DNA of 37,330 bases from Nemertoderma westbladi (taxonomy: Eukaryota > Animalia > Xenacoelomorpha): positions 1 to 37,330 of the forward strand of contig JAUCBJ010000285.1 in the NCBI GenBank assembly GCA_032718475.1, given 5' to 3'. The notes beneath the pieces were generated by a model. The model saw nothing but the letters and a program-made list of their open reading frames with translations. It was not told the origin of the DNA and made no database searches. Every line of letters begins with the position of its first letter. Position 1 is the stretch's first letter. Below are positions 1-11,200 of this stretch, piece after piece. The position numbers and the translations under genes are program-made.

Positions 1-3000
1 ATAAAGGGCCATGCATCCAAAGAACATTCTCCAGAAGCTTTTCACCTTCACATCCTCGGGATGCAATATCTGCTGGATTAATCTTTCCGGGCACATGAAA
101 CCACTGATCAACAGTCGAGTATTGACTAATAGTGTTAACACGATTTGTGACATAAACAACAAACTCTGCTTGCTGGTTATGTAAATACTGCAAAACCAGA
201 GCCGCATCTGTCCAATAATAAAAAGTCATATTTTCTAAATTCAATTCTTGCTTCAATGTTTGACCAATTTCAATGGAAAAAACTGCGGCCTGAAGTTCAG
301 CTCGAGGAATAGTCAATGACTTTGCAGGCATTATATGAGTCTTACTTCCAAGCAAACTAGTTGAGAAAATTTTACCCATCTGGACAGCTAGATAGGCTAC
401 AGTAGCCATACCAACATCACTAGCATCGCTGAAGATATGGATATCAACAGGGGTATCTACTGATAGATCAGGGAAGTAACTACGAGATAACTTAAAGTTG
501 TTAAGGGCAATGAGAGCAGCCTCCCAACTTGCCCATGATTTTAAGAGGGTTTCAGATAAAGCTTGGTCCCATTCAATACCTTCCTTCCAAATATCTTTAA
601 GAAGACACTTGCCTTTCATAATGACAGGTGAAACAAAACCTACTGGGTCATAGGTAGTTGCTAAAATCGATAAGCAAGAGCGTTTAGTTCGTGCAACCAT
701 CTCAAATGATTTCACCTTATAAAATAGACCATCCTGTACAGGATCCCAATGGATACCCAATGCCTTTGTTGATGGCATAGGATCAACCCCTAATTCATAA
801 TTAGCATGCTGGCGTTGCTCGGGCAAGAAAGATTCTAAAAGCCTAACACTGTTACTAGCAAACTTAACTAAGTTGAAGCCTCCTAGTGATAATGTGTTCC
901 TTACTCCATGTGCAACTTTTATTGCTTGGTCTTCTGTCTCCTGTGAATTCATGACATCATCCATGTATATGTCATTTGTGAGCACAGGAATAACTTCTGG
1001 AAGCACTAAAGGAATACCATGTTCATCAACTCGTCCTTCATTATCTTCTACAGTAGCAACAACACAACAGCCTGCATTTGATGGTGAAGACACTATACCA
1101 AAGGCTTGAACAAGGAAATGAAACTCAACAGGGTTTCCTTCCATCTTATCATTATCCCACCAGAGATAACGAAGTGAATCACGATCAGGGGGAGTTACCC
1201 GAACCTGCATAAACATAGCTTCAATATCAGCTATATACACAAATTTGAAGCGCCGAAAACGTAAGATAATTCCGATAATATTTCTGAGATAATTTGGGCC
1301 TGCCATGAGCTGACTGTTTAGTGACACACCATGGTATACTGCAGCACCATCTGTGACTACTCTTACTTTATCAGGTTTACTAGGGTGGACTACAAAGAAG
1401 TGTGGTAAATAGTATGTTCTAGAAGAAGGTGCAAGGAGATCATCTGGAACTCTCTGTGCCCAACCATTCGCTATCAGTTTGTCCATTTCTTGTTTATACT
1501 TCTTATATACCCGGGGTCTATCAAAAAGACGCTTACGCAGTGAATTAAGACGTTTCTCTGCTAATGGTTTATTATTTATCATAGTTGGTTCTGGTTTCCT
1601 CCATAATAATCCCATTTCGTAATGCCCATCTGGAAGAAGTTTACGAGTGGTTCGTTGAATTTCCTTAGCTCTAACCTCTTCAACTGAACTTGCCTTCTCA
1701 TATTCTAATGCTAACATCTTTTGACCATCTATCCATTGGGCTACTCGTAAGTGTAATTCTTGCAAGAGATACTTTTCATCGTCACATTGAAGTTCTAGTT
1801 TAGTATTTACTTTAGACTCAGTCTTGAAGATCATCTCATCTGGGGAATCCTGGTCATCTGATTCTGTAACTGCCACTAAACCTTTCATTATTTCACTAGG
1901 CCTAGAACCAGGATCCTGAAACATCTCCCACAGGTCTTCAGCGAGAAAGGACTCCTCTTCATCATCCATTAGATCTGCATTCTGAAAAAGAATCAATGTC
2001 TTTACAGCTTCATCTAACTGAATATCACAAGTTTCAGCAAAGTTGACCAGTTCTGGACTAGCTTCGATATACTTTGCCTTACCTTCTTCAGGAGGCGGCC
2101 ATTCCCTCTCAGCACAAGTCTTCCTTGATGGGCCTGTAAAATACCATCCTAAGACACATTTAGTAGCTATAGGCTGATACGGTAGTGGATTCCGGGGAAC
2201 CTGCTCTAGACAGGCTCGAACTTCAGTACAATTACCCCCAATAATCATTGAAATGCTTGATTCCTTGAGAACTTGAACTGTAAAACCATACTTGATAATG
2301 AAAGGATCCTGAGACCAATCATAGACTTTACTGCATGACTTGGCAAACATCGGTAAGCTAAGAATACGAACATTCTTTAATGTTGCTGGAAAGTTAATAT
2401 CCACTGAGGAAATTTCTCCTTTACTTTTCTGAATTTCACGGTGCGTAACCCCACTGATACCCTTAAGGTCAATAGTTTCCACATCAAAGTCAGAGAATAT
2501 GGTTGAGAAAAGATCTCCATCCAGAAATGTTGCAGTACTTCCAGTATCGATTAAGGCATTGCATTCACAGGATGATCCACTTTTACTAATGACTTTAACT
2601 GGAAGAACAGGATATTCTCTAATAGCTTTCTTAGACTTAAGTATAGCTCTTGATTGAAAGGCATGTAAAAGTTCATCAATTACATATGTCTCATCTGTTT
2701 CTTCAGTAGAAGCCTCATTATCTGAATCAAAAATATTCTTGTCATGTGCCAGGAACTGTGAAATCTTAGTGGCTGCCTTAGGATTAGGACATAATAATGT
2801 ATGATGACGCTCTTTACAAATATGACATTTGGAGTGACTGGGACATACATCCTTTACATGGTCTGCACGAAGACAGTTTGAACAAATAGAAACTCTATTT
2901 ACTATTGATTTTCTCATAGGAAGATCATCATTAAGGAACTTATCACACTTATGTAATCGATGATTTCCTTTACATCTTGCACAAATATCTTCATGATGTG

Positions 3001-5896
3001 AAATTGTAGGTTTCAATTTTGGAGAAGGATATAACTTCTTGACAGGTTTTCTAGAAGCTACACATGCTGTCTCTTCTGAGTCAGAATTTGCAAGATCACC
3101 TTCTGAGTCAGAGCAACCTTCGGGGATGGTTGAAAATGCATTAACTGAAGGATCATAATCTTTACTACTAGGTCGAATTCTCCATTTTCGAGAAGGAAGT
3201 AATTCAACTTTAGCTTCTTTTGTATTTTTCTGCATCGAGCTAGAATATGGAGCTCCCCGACACTGAGCAAGATCAACCTCAGACTCTATAAATTCCATAA
3301 AATCAGCAAGATTCTCACAACGAGGAATGTTTCGCTCTGATTTTGGATTTACTATACTCCTAATCGTTTTTATCCATCGACCCTTTGCAGATGGGTCCAA
3401 CTTATCTGAAAGGATATTAAGAGCTGCTGCATTATCCAACTGATTTAGTTGACCAATATCCTTCATTTGTTTTACTATTCTTTGTAAGTGATCAAAATAC
3501 TGGACAACCTTTTGAGGATGCTTAAATGAAGGATACTCAATGGCTTGCTTGTATAAAATTTGAGCTATCCATCGTGGATTTCCATAACGTTTTTGTAGTG
3601 TCTTCCAAGCTACTTGAAATCCTCCTACAACTCCAATATGCTGTTGCACCATTGTATGAGGTGGTCCTTCAGTTGCAGATAAAAGATAATTTAGATTCTC
3701 AATAGGTGATAAGTTCTTACTCAAGACTGTAGAAATAAAATATTGGTAAAAAACTGGCCAGGTTTCAGGTTCTCCTTTGAAAGTCACAAACTTGGGTTGG
3801 GGTAAATATTTATTTATTTCAGAATGCGAAAGCAGTTTAAGGCTAGTTTGCTCCAAACTAGTATTATGTGCTGAGAGGTTTGAATTGGGCTGTCTGGTTC
3901 TAGAATAAGACTGATGGCCTGCACCTTCTCCGAAAAATTCCCTCTGGGGCTGAGGTACATTGTTAGGCCTCCATCCATAGCTATACTCATCGCCTTGAGG
4001 CAGTGGACTACGATGATCTGAATAAACAGTAGGATTTTCAGAATGAATGATAGAGTTAGGAGGAATCTGATTTCTTCTGTGATCCCGACCACCTACAGTA
4101 TTACCAGAAAATTCATTACCGAATCCATATTCAAATTCCATAGGAGGACCTGATGCAAGATAATTATCCTGTGGGGAATGAAGATTATGGTCTGGAGGTC
4201 TTCTATAATAATGATCAGATTCATAAGTGTGTCTAGGATCTCTACGGGCATCCTGACTCTGAGCTGCATATTGTGGTACAAATAAACTAGGAGAGAAGTT
4301 GTCTACATTAGATGCACCATACGACTGTGTACGTGTTATATGGGATATCTGAGATCGTGTAGCTTCCATATGGACGGGTTGCTGCCCATGAGGGTGATAT
4401 CCATGAATAATAGGATGCTGCTGCATTTCAAAGGTAGATAATTGTGGTAGATTAGACTGTCTATGATTAACTCCCGGTCTGGAAGGCATCCCATTGTGTG
4501 CACTTACCGTATAAGTAGATCTTCCAGTATTCAGAGGAATATTGCTAACCCCACTTACAGGTGTATTAATTTCCCTAGTTTCTCCAGTAACTATTATGTG
4601 TCTAGCACGATCTGTAATATATGGTTCCTGGACACGATAATTCGACCTGGTTTTCTTCCTAGCACCCATGGCAATAGGTGTGATGGGTGCACATACTTCA
4701 ATGTTAGTAGAATGTGGATTCAAACTTATACCCTCTAATTGAGAAACAGGAACATCTAGGGCCCCTTGAGTGTATGTAACAATCCTAGGCATATTGAGAG
4801 CTGGTATACTACTAGAAGCAGCTGGAATAGTTGCAGCAACCCAATCAGTTACCATTGATTTAGTGGACACAGGTACTGGTAATACTGGGCTTTGCGCAGC
4901 TAAACTAAATGAAACTGGTTCTGGTATCCCTATGCTTGTAACATTAGGTCTGGGAATTTGTGTTGATGATAATAAAGGGTCTGGGCACAAGTTTTGATTT
5001 GCATTTGTTTTACCTCTAGTACTGTTTCGGCTGGCAGCACTTGAACAAGGTGAGTCCAACTGGCGTTGCAGTCTAGCAACTTCTCTGTTGTTTACATCAT
5101 TCTTGACCTCATTTAGTTGAACTTGAGCCTGATATTGTACTTGAGCAAGCTCTGAGTCAGCCTTTAACTTTGCTGCCTTAATGTTTAATTCAGTTAATTC
5201 CTTTGCCCGTTCAATTCGTTTCTTATCAGCTTCTTCTTCTGCTGCATCTAACTTTTCCCTAATTACTGAACTCCGTTGACTTGATTGTGAACTCTTAGAA
5301 GATCGAGAATGAGAAACCTGAGAAATACTATCCTGTGGGACAACATAAACACTCTCTCCTGGTTCAATATTTAACGGCCTCTTTACTATTGTTCGTAACT
5401 CTGAATGTACTTTACAAGCTAATTGTAAAAATGTAGCATTGCGACTTTCAATGTCTTGCTTTAGGAGGGGATTTTGAGATAATTCAGCAAATTGTAAAAT
5501 TAATTTACTTAATAATTCGCGATCCTTAATAAGGTTAACACATTTCACCCATAATTCATTATGTTTCTCCACTGGCAAAGAAAGTTGCCATCCAGGTTTA
5601 AGCAAGGACAAAATATAATTAAATTCTCGTGTAAAACGACTAAAACGACCACTGACACTTCGACGCCAATTTAAATCCTCTAAAGATTCTATTGTCACCC
5701 CCAATGACATTAATTTAATCTTGGTGTCCTCTATACCTACCGGTACATCACTTATTCCTTCCCCTCCTGCGGCACCTGGAGGTTGATATAGGAACGGCAT
5801 TACCAATTCAGGTTCTACCACATCAATTACAGTAATGTCTAGCACACTACTAGAACTATCAGGACGACTAGATTTTTTATCATAATCTAGGGACAT
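1..5896 (-). CDS. BEL/Pao Gag-Pol polyprotein, about 1965 codons, open to the window edge
   Basis: Hand translation from ATG 5896 (MSLDYDKK...). Gag core PKFVTFKGEPETW...AWKTLQKRYGN (~3585-3800); three Cys/His knuckles CARCKGNHRLHKC, CSNCLRADHVKDVC, CHICKERHHTLLC (~2790-2985); protease LIDTGS (~2540); RT YYLPH, DIEAMFMQV, YMDD (~956-967); RNase H FSDAS, IPRAEL, WTD, NPADIASRG. The frame at the left edge (...WMHGPL) matches the start frame, and the ORF track lists no terminated ORF in it. Confidence 0.93.
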   Translation of the reverse strand, partial: MSLDYDKKSSRPDSSSSVLDITVIDVVEPELVMPFLYQPPGAAGGEGISDVPVGIEDTKIKLMSLGVTIESLEDLNWRRSVSGRFSRFTREFNYILSLLKPGWQLSLPVEKHNELWVKCVNLIKDRELLSKLILQFAELSQNPLLKQDIESRNATFLQLACKVHSELRTIVKRPLNIEPGESVYVVPQDSISQVSHSRSSKSSQSSQRSSVIREKLDAAEEEADKKRIERAKELTELNIKAAKLKADSELAQVQYQAQVQLNEVKNDVNNREVARLQRQLDSPCSSAASRNSTRGKTNANQNLCPDPLLSSTQIPRPNVTSIGIPEPVSFSLAAQSPVLPVPVSTKSMVTDWVAATIPAASSSIPALNMPRIVTYTQGALDVPVSQLEGISLNPHSTNIEVCAPITPIAMGARKKTRSNYRVQEPYITDRARHIIVTGETREINTPVSGVSNIPLNTGRSTYTVSAHNGMPSRPGVNHRQSNLPQLSTFEMQQHPIIHGYHPHGQQPVHMEATRSQISHITRTQSYGASNVDNFSPSLFVPQYAAQSQDARRDPRHTYESDHYYRRPPDHNLHSPQDNYLASGPPMEFEYGFGNEFSGNTVGGRDHRRNQIPPNSIIHSENPTVYSDHRSPLPQGDEYSYGWRPNNVPQPQREFFGEGAGHQSYSRTRQPNSNLSAHNTSLEQTSLKLLSHSEINKYLPQPKFVTFKGEPETWPVFYQYFISTVLSKNLSPIENLNYLLSATEGPPHTMVQQHIGVVGGFQVAWKTLQKRYGNPRWIAQILYKQAIEYPSFKHPQKVVQYFDHLQRIVKQMKDIGQLNQLDNAAALNILSDKLDPSAKGRWIKTIRSIVNPKSERNIPRCENLADFMEFIESEVDLAQCRGAPYSSSMQKNTKEAKVELLPSRKWRIRPSSKDYDPSVNAFSTIPEGCSDSEGDLANSDSEETACVASRKPVKKLYPSPKLKPTISHHEDICARCKGNHRLHKCDKFLNDDLPMRKSIVNRVSICSNCLRADHVKDVCPSHSKCHICKERHHTLLCPNPKAATKISQFLAHDKNIFDSDNEASTEETDETYVIDELLHAFQSRAILKSKKAIREYPVLPVKVISKSGSSCECNALIDTGSTATFLDGDLFSTIFSDFDVETIDLKGISGVTHREIQKSKGEISSVDINFPATLKNVRILSLPMFAKSCSKVYDWSQDPFIIKYGFTVQVLKESSISMIIGGNCTEVRACLEQVPRNPLPYQPIATKCVLGWYFTGPSRKTCAEREWPPPEEGKAKYIEASPELVNFAETCDIQLDEAVKTLILFQNADLMDDEEESFLAEDLWEMFQDPGSRPSEIMKGLVAVTESDDQDSPDEMIFKTESKVNTKLELQCDDEKYLLQELHLRVAQWIDGQKMLALEYEKASSVEEVRAKEIQRTTRKLLPDGHYEMGLLWRKPEPTMINNKPLAEKRLNSLRKRLFDRPRVYKKYKQEMDKLIANGWAQRVPDDLLAPSSRTYYLPHFFVVHPSKPDKVRVVTDGAAVYHGVSLNSQLMAGPNYLRNIIGIILRFRRFKFVYIADIEAMFMQVRVTPPDRDSLRYLWWDNDKMEGNPVEFHFLVQAFGIVSSPSNAGCCVVATVEDNEGRVDEHGIPLVLPEVIPVLTNDIYMDDVMNSQETEDQAIKVAHGVRNTLSLGGFNLVKFASNSVRLLESFLPEQRQHANYELGVDPMPSTKALGIHWDPVQDGLFYKVKSFEMVARTKRSCLSILATTYDPVGFVSPVIMKGKCLLKDIWKEGIEWDQALSETLLKSWASWEAALIALNNFKLSRSYFPDLSVDTPVDIHIFSDASDVGMATVAYLAVQMGKIFSTSLLGSKTHIMPAKSLTIPRAELQAAVFSIEIGQTLKQELNLENMTFYYWTDAALVLQYLHNQQAEFVVYVTNRVNTISQYSTVDQWFHVPGKINPADIASRGCEGEKLLENVLWMHGPL

Positions 5897-7385
5897 TTTT
5901 TAATTTTTTGAATTAAACTTTATAGAGTATATGTGTATAAAACACTTACTAGACGTTGTCTGGAATGGACTATAATACCCTAATATTTAATTATTAATTT
6001 ATTATAATCATAAGTTATAAAAAATTATGTATTTATAATGAATAATATATATATATATATACCGGTACTATACCGGTACTTATATAACAAAGGTATAGTT
6101 TAACTATGAAAACCAATTACCGGTATACTGCTCCGGTAAAGAAGGCACAAACAGCTTTACACCCTTCATGGGGTGCAACAGTATAAACATTTGTGATTAT
6201 TAAAAGCGATTTTAAATTATACCGAAAGTGAGCAAAATTTAATGATTTAGTTAACTTCCGGCGGTTAATTTTAAGGAAGCCGAACTGAGACGCTTTTAAT
6301 TAGGAAGGCCAGAGGCTGTTTGCCCAAGCAGGGTTTATTCTTTGTAATACTTTATAATGCGTTACCGCGTTAATCAGACGCTCGACTATTACAAATGTTT
6401 AGTTATTACAATGTATGTAAGGCCGACAAATTTGTTGAATAAATAAATTGGTAAAGGAGGGGATTATCAAGCTGATACACCATTTAATATTACTTAACTA
6501 GTCTATAAGTAGATATATAAATATTTACAAGAGAAACATTCATCACTTTACCACTAGAAACTATATTACGGCAATCCCATAAGGCCGTACAGACAGAATT
6601 GGCAGTCTATACACGGATACGGTATATTCAAGGTGTACTAAATTATTAGTACCGGTACACCTTGGGTATATTACACTAAACAAAGAATAAAAAGAAGAAG
6701 AGGGCACAAAGTAAACTCAATAATGCAATAATATTGTACATCGAAAAACACTAGGCCTAGTGCTGAAAAACAAAGGATTAAAGTTCAACTTTGCACTGAC
6801 AAAACACACTATAAAACACGATCACAAATGAAAATCTCTCCAGCTCTCAGTACGGCTGTAGGATAGATATTATTAAGATAGATTATAACTATTTACTACA
6901 TTTAAGATAAACTATATACAAAATCGATAATCCGCATGGGGTTATTATATAAGGTTGTTATTAGTAAATTTAGATTGGCCCAAGGTTGTAGCGTCTTGCT
7001 TCGTTTGTAATAATGGGATGAACAGTACCTTAAACCAATGTATATATTAGGTGTAGAGCTTCTAACCCGATACGAATCAACGAGCTGATCACCTGTCAAC
7101 CGAAGACGCACGGAGATGAGTCATAACCATTACTGCATTAGGTTAGGCCTATTCGGTAGAATCCCTGACAGTTACATAACGAACAATTAATATGCTATAT
7201 AATATCAACCATGGAACCGGTACACTGTACACAGCAGTACAGCTTTTCAGTCTTTTTCACGACCGGTAAGATAACTCATTTCCAGTACTCCTGGAGATTT
7301 TGAATTTCCCTCTCAAAATAATAATAACTACAAAATTCATTAAACGCCCAGTACAGTACACATGTGTTTATCATCGCTCTTAACA
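1..7385 (-). mobile_element. BEL/Pao LTR retrotransposon A (5' part; continues beyond the left edge)
   Basis: Contains a BEL-type gag-pol. The right boundary is TTAACA at 7380-7385 (minus strand TGTTAA..., a typical LTR start), directly abutting the middle of an RTE RT. The inner LTR boundary and PBS were not resolved. Confidence 0.85.
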
Positions 7386-8277
7386 GGGGTGATGATAACT
7401 CCACCTACTGGCTCCAGAAGTCGAGGAAATCCTGCCAAGTACCTAACTGATCTAGACTTTGCTGATGACTTAGGAGTACTCTCAGAATCATTAGAGGGAG
7501 CCCAACGGCTCCTCAGCTCATTAGAACATGCTGCTTCTAGTGTTGGTCTTTTTATTAACTCCAGAAAGACCAAAATCCTGACAGTTAACTTTGAAAGTCC
7601 TCAGCAAGTCTCTGATCGGATGAGCATAAGCTCAAAGGATGGTATGCTTGAGCATGTGGACGACTTCTGTTACCTGGGATCATGGATCCGGAAGTCAGGG
7701 GAGGACCTTCGAATACGTAAGGGAAAGGCATGGGCAGCCTTGAATAGGCTTTCCAGGATTTGGAAGTCACCGAGAATTAATCGGAAACTTAAGGTCCGAT
7801 TATTTAGAGCAGCAGTAGTTCCAGTACTCCTTTATGGGAGTCCATGCTGGGCTCTAACTGCTGGGGACACCAAATCTCTGGATGGCACATTCACAAGAAT
7901 GCTACGCCGGGTTCATTGTGTCAAGTACAATGCACACATCTCCAACCAGACACTATATAACATTGGAGGTGTCTCATTGGTTCCCCCAAGCTTGACACTA
8001 GAACAAAATCGCCTCCGCTTTGCAGGACATTGCTTTCGCCGTGAGGACCAGCCAGTGCATAATCTTGTACTTTGGCAGCCTCATGGAGTGAATAAGCATG
8101 GTGGACAGCCCATGACTTTCTTGAGACGCATCTTAAAGGACACTGGTCTTAAAGATGCGGATGATCTAGCAAATGTCATGGGTGATAGGGAGTTGTGGCG
8201 GTGCAATTTTGTTGACAAGCCGGCACAGCATTCTTAAAAATGCAGCTGCAATGCAGCATGCCGATCCTAGTAGTAGT
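7386..8277 (+). mobile_element. RTE-clade non-LTR retrotransposon, 3' part of RT plus (TAG)n tail
   Basis: DLDFADD, FCYLGS, LLYGS, RLRFAGH motifs; stop at 8237; tail TAGTAGTAGT to 8277. Near-identical to 34130-35030. The ORF-track start at 7362 lies in element A sequence. Confidence 0.93.
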
Positions 8278-11200
8278 TCCATCATCTCCAGCGATCGTTT
8301 CTCATCAGTGGACATGGTTAGGTCATATCCACCGGGTTCCATTGCGTCCCTATCCAGCCATTCGACGGTTCTAGCTCCTGTCTCGAGGTCCTGGCGTATC
8401 AATTCCTTCTGCAATTCCTCCTCACTGTATTGGAAAATGTCGAGGTCTCGATATCTAGCCACCTGACCCTCCACTATATCGGTATATAACAGTAGTCCAC
8501 GGGTTCACTATCTGTCCGGTCGTTATAGAGTGGTTCCGACAACCTAACATTATCGGGAATCAACTCCTCGTCCGACTCGCTAACGTCACTATAGTGGTCA
8601 ATACAGGTTCTCCTAAACTCGTCTATGTCTGGTGATTCTACTAACGGTGGTTGAGTTATAGGCTGTAATCCGTCGTGTCTATCCTTTGGCTTGTCACCAC
8701 CTGTAAACTCATAAGACATGGGTACTCGTGTATACCAACCTAGTATAGTCCTATGGGCGTGTGGTCCATTTACATGCGGCTCAGCTGGTCTCGTTTCCCA
8801 TATTTGGTGTGCGATCAGCTGTTCTGCACCAATCAACATAGATACATTCCTATAACCTACCTGGTATCTCGGTACTCTGAGCTTGTCAAAATACTCCTGT
8901 GCTATGGGACTCATCGGCGGCACCTTACCTAACTCCCTGCCGAACCCCTTCATAGCTAGACACTTGAATCCGTCCAATGGCAACGCTCTCCGTTCTTGGC
9001 GAGTGTGCTGGGGACTGGTACTAGGGAGTCTAGTTCTACCGAAATCCTGTGTCCCTTGAGGTCCCCTACCCCGTGCATGAACTTTAACTCAATTTGGATC
9101 TCCTCGGCGTCCTGGAAGCTGGAAACGGCTCTCGCTACTTCCTCGTCGATATAAGATAATGTGGACGCAATGTCCAACATCACATATATTCTCTTTGATC
9201 CCTTATCTCCGGTAAGTTTCACTGGAATCACGCTGAATATTTCCAACATGGCTGATGACAAATGCATCCGCGCGCTGGTCGATGAACTATCCGCGGTGAA
9301 ACCTTGGCAGGTCACCTCTCTTGTGCTCGCCTCGCCATCCTTGTCCGACGAACCTGGTTGATAACCATCATCCTGGATACCGGTGTACGTATTTCTTCTT
9401 ATCGATACGGGATCTCTGCTCCCCTTCCTTTGAGGATTTCGCTGTAAGTAACGGTCCGTTCGGGTATGGAAATCCGCATGTAGCAACTTGTGATGTAGTC
9501 TGCCGCATTCCATGCATCCATCCTTACTGTTTGGCACTGCCGCCGTACATGACCTGGCGCAAGACATGCCCAACAGGTGTCCAACGTCCGCACTTGAACT
9601 CTTCTCTGTTCCGAAGTTAATTCTTTGAACCGTCTGCAACTGTCTAACTTATGGTCGTCAGATCTTACCTCCTTTAGTAAGCAGAATTGGCAACCTACAA
9701 ATCCATCCGGCAACTCCTGTTGCTTTAACTTAGGTCTATCTGACCGCTCACCTGACCATACTCGCGAGTCTGATCTAAAGGCAGGGGTACTCGAATTATA
9801 TCTGTCTACTGAGTTAAAAGTCACAGTGGTCCTGTCATCGTCAAAACTTACCATTGACTTACCGGTAACAGGTTTAGATTCTCTCATATTCTCCTCTGAG
9901 AAGTTTGATTTCATCGCTGCTACCGCATCTGTGGCTATCATGTCATGGATATGTTGAAGTGTCAACACCTTACCTTGACCCTCCAACTTATTTTCTAATT
10001 TGCGCCATTTCTGTCTGTAACGCATGTTTAAACGTCTTATTATGCTCTTCAAAACTTCGGCGTGATCACCATGATGAGGTAGATTCACCGTCCTCAAGAT
10101 GTCTAATGCGTTCGAAATAGCGTTCGCTAAGTTCAACAGCTCTAACGGAGTTGTAATCCTTCCGCCCTTACCCAAGTCTTCCACTATCGACTGTGCCATC
10201 TTGGTTTTATTCCCGTAGAGGTCGCTAAGCGTCTTCATTGCTAACTCAAATGCTCTTTCATTGTCGACGAAGTTGTCAGCAATGGCTCTAGGTTCTCGAT
10301 CCAGCATCAGAAGCAGATAGTTGAACTTCTCATTGGGAGTAAAGGTGCTGTTGGTCAGCTGTTCGTCGACATAGGTTTTGAACATCCTCCAATGTCTATG
10401 GTTGCCCATAAACTTTTGGGGTTGTTGCGTCGGCAGTCCTTGCCTAGCGGCAAACTTACCTATGTCTCTAAGGATTGCGTCATTCTGGGTTAACAAATGG
10501 TTTAGTTCTGCAGGGTTATTAAGTCTGGTCCTTTCCCGGTGGTTCAAAGTTACCTGCTCCGCGTCGGTCCTTCTTTCCTTATAGTTTCGGGACTTCTGAC
10601 GTCTCATATCTTCCTCTTCATCGCTTGAGTCTGTGTCAGTTCTCAGCGCTCGTGTTGGTTTGCGCGCCGAAGCCCTGACATAGGCTTCCTCTATAAATTT
10701 CTCCGCCGAGTTCTCGAAGTTGGGATTATAAATCGTAGGGACAGGCGTTCTTACCTGAGGTCTATGTGGTATAGTTGCCTCCGATATGCGTACTCGTTGA
10801 CTAGGTTGGACTTTATCTAACTCAGGCCTGCTAGGATTAGAATTACTTCTTACCTGGGCTGCTTCCTTTAACTGCAGGTTACTAAGCATGTCCGTTATAG
10901 GTTGGATGTGCGGCGATATAGCTTGCGCTAAACTAGCACTTAACTCATCCCTTGTAATAAATTCCTGGCTAGGGTTCTGTTGTATAGTCGGCTCTATCTG
11001 AGTAATCCGCTGTCTCTCATATGATCCCTCTTCTGGTTTAACCCGGAAGTTCTCCGTCGAACTGGGTCGGCGCTCCGTCCGCGTATTCCAAACCCGCGGG
11101 TTCGGTTCGCCCAATACTCGGCCCGTCGGAGTTTCTCCTCTAAACTCTTCTTCCTCTCGTTCAGTATGTAGTGGTGCGGTGTCCTGATGACGCGGATCCT

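Noticed and set aside
6300-6960. Candidate inner LTR ends and PBS for element A (TGTT at ~6317, 6433, 6956)
   Set aside because: None is adjacent to a tRNA-type or self-complementary PBS; the second LTR is needed to decide.
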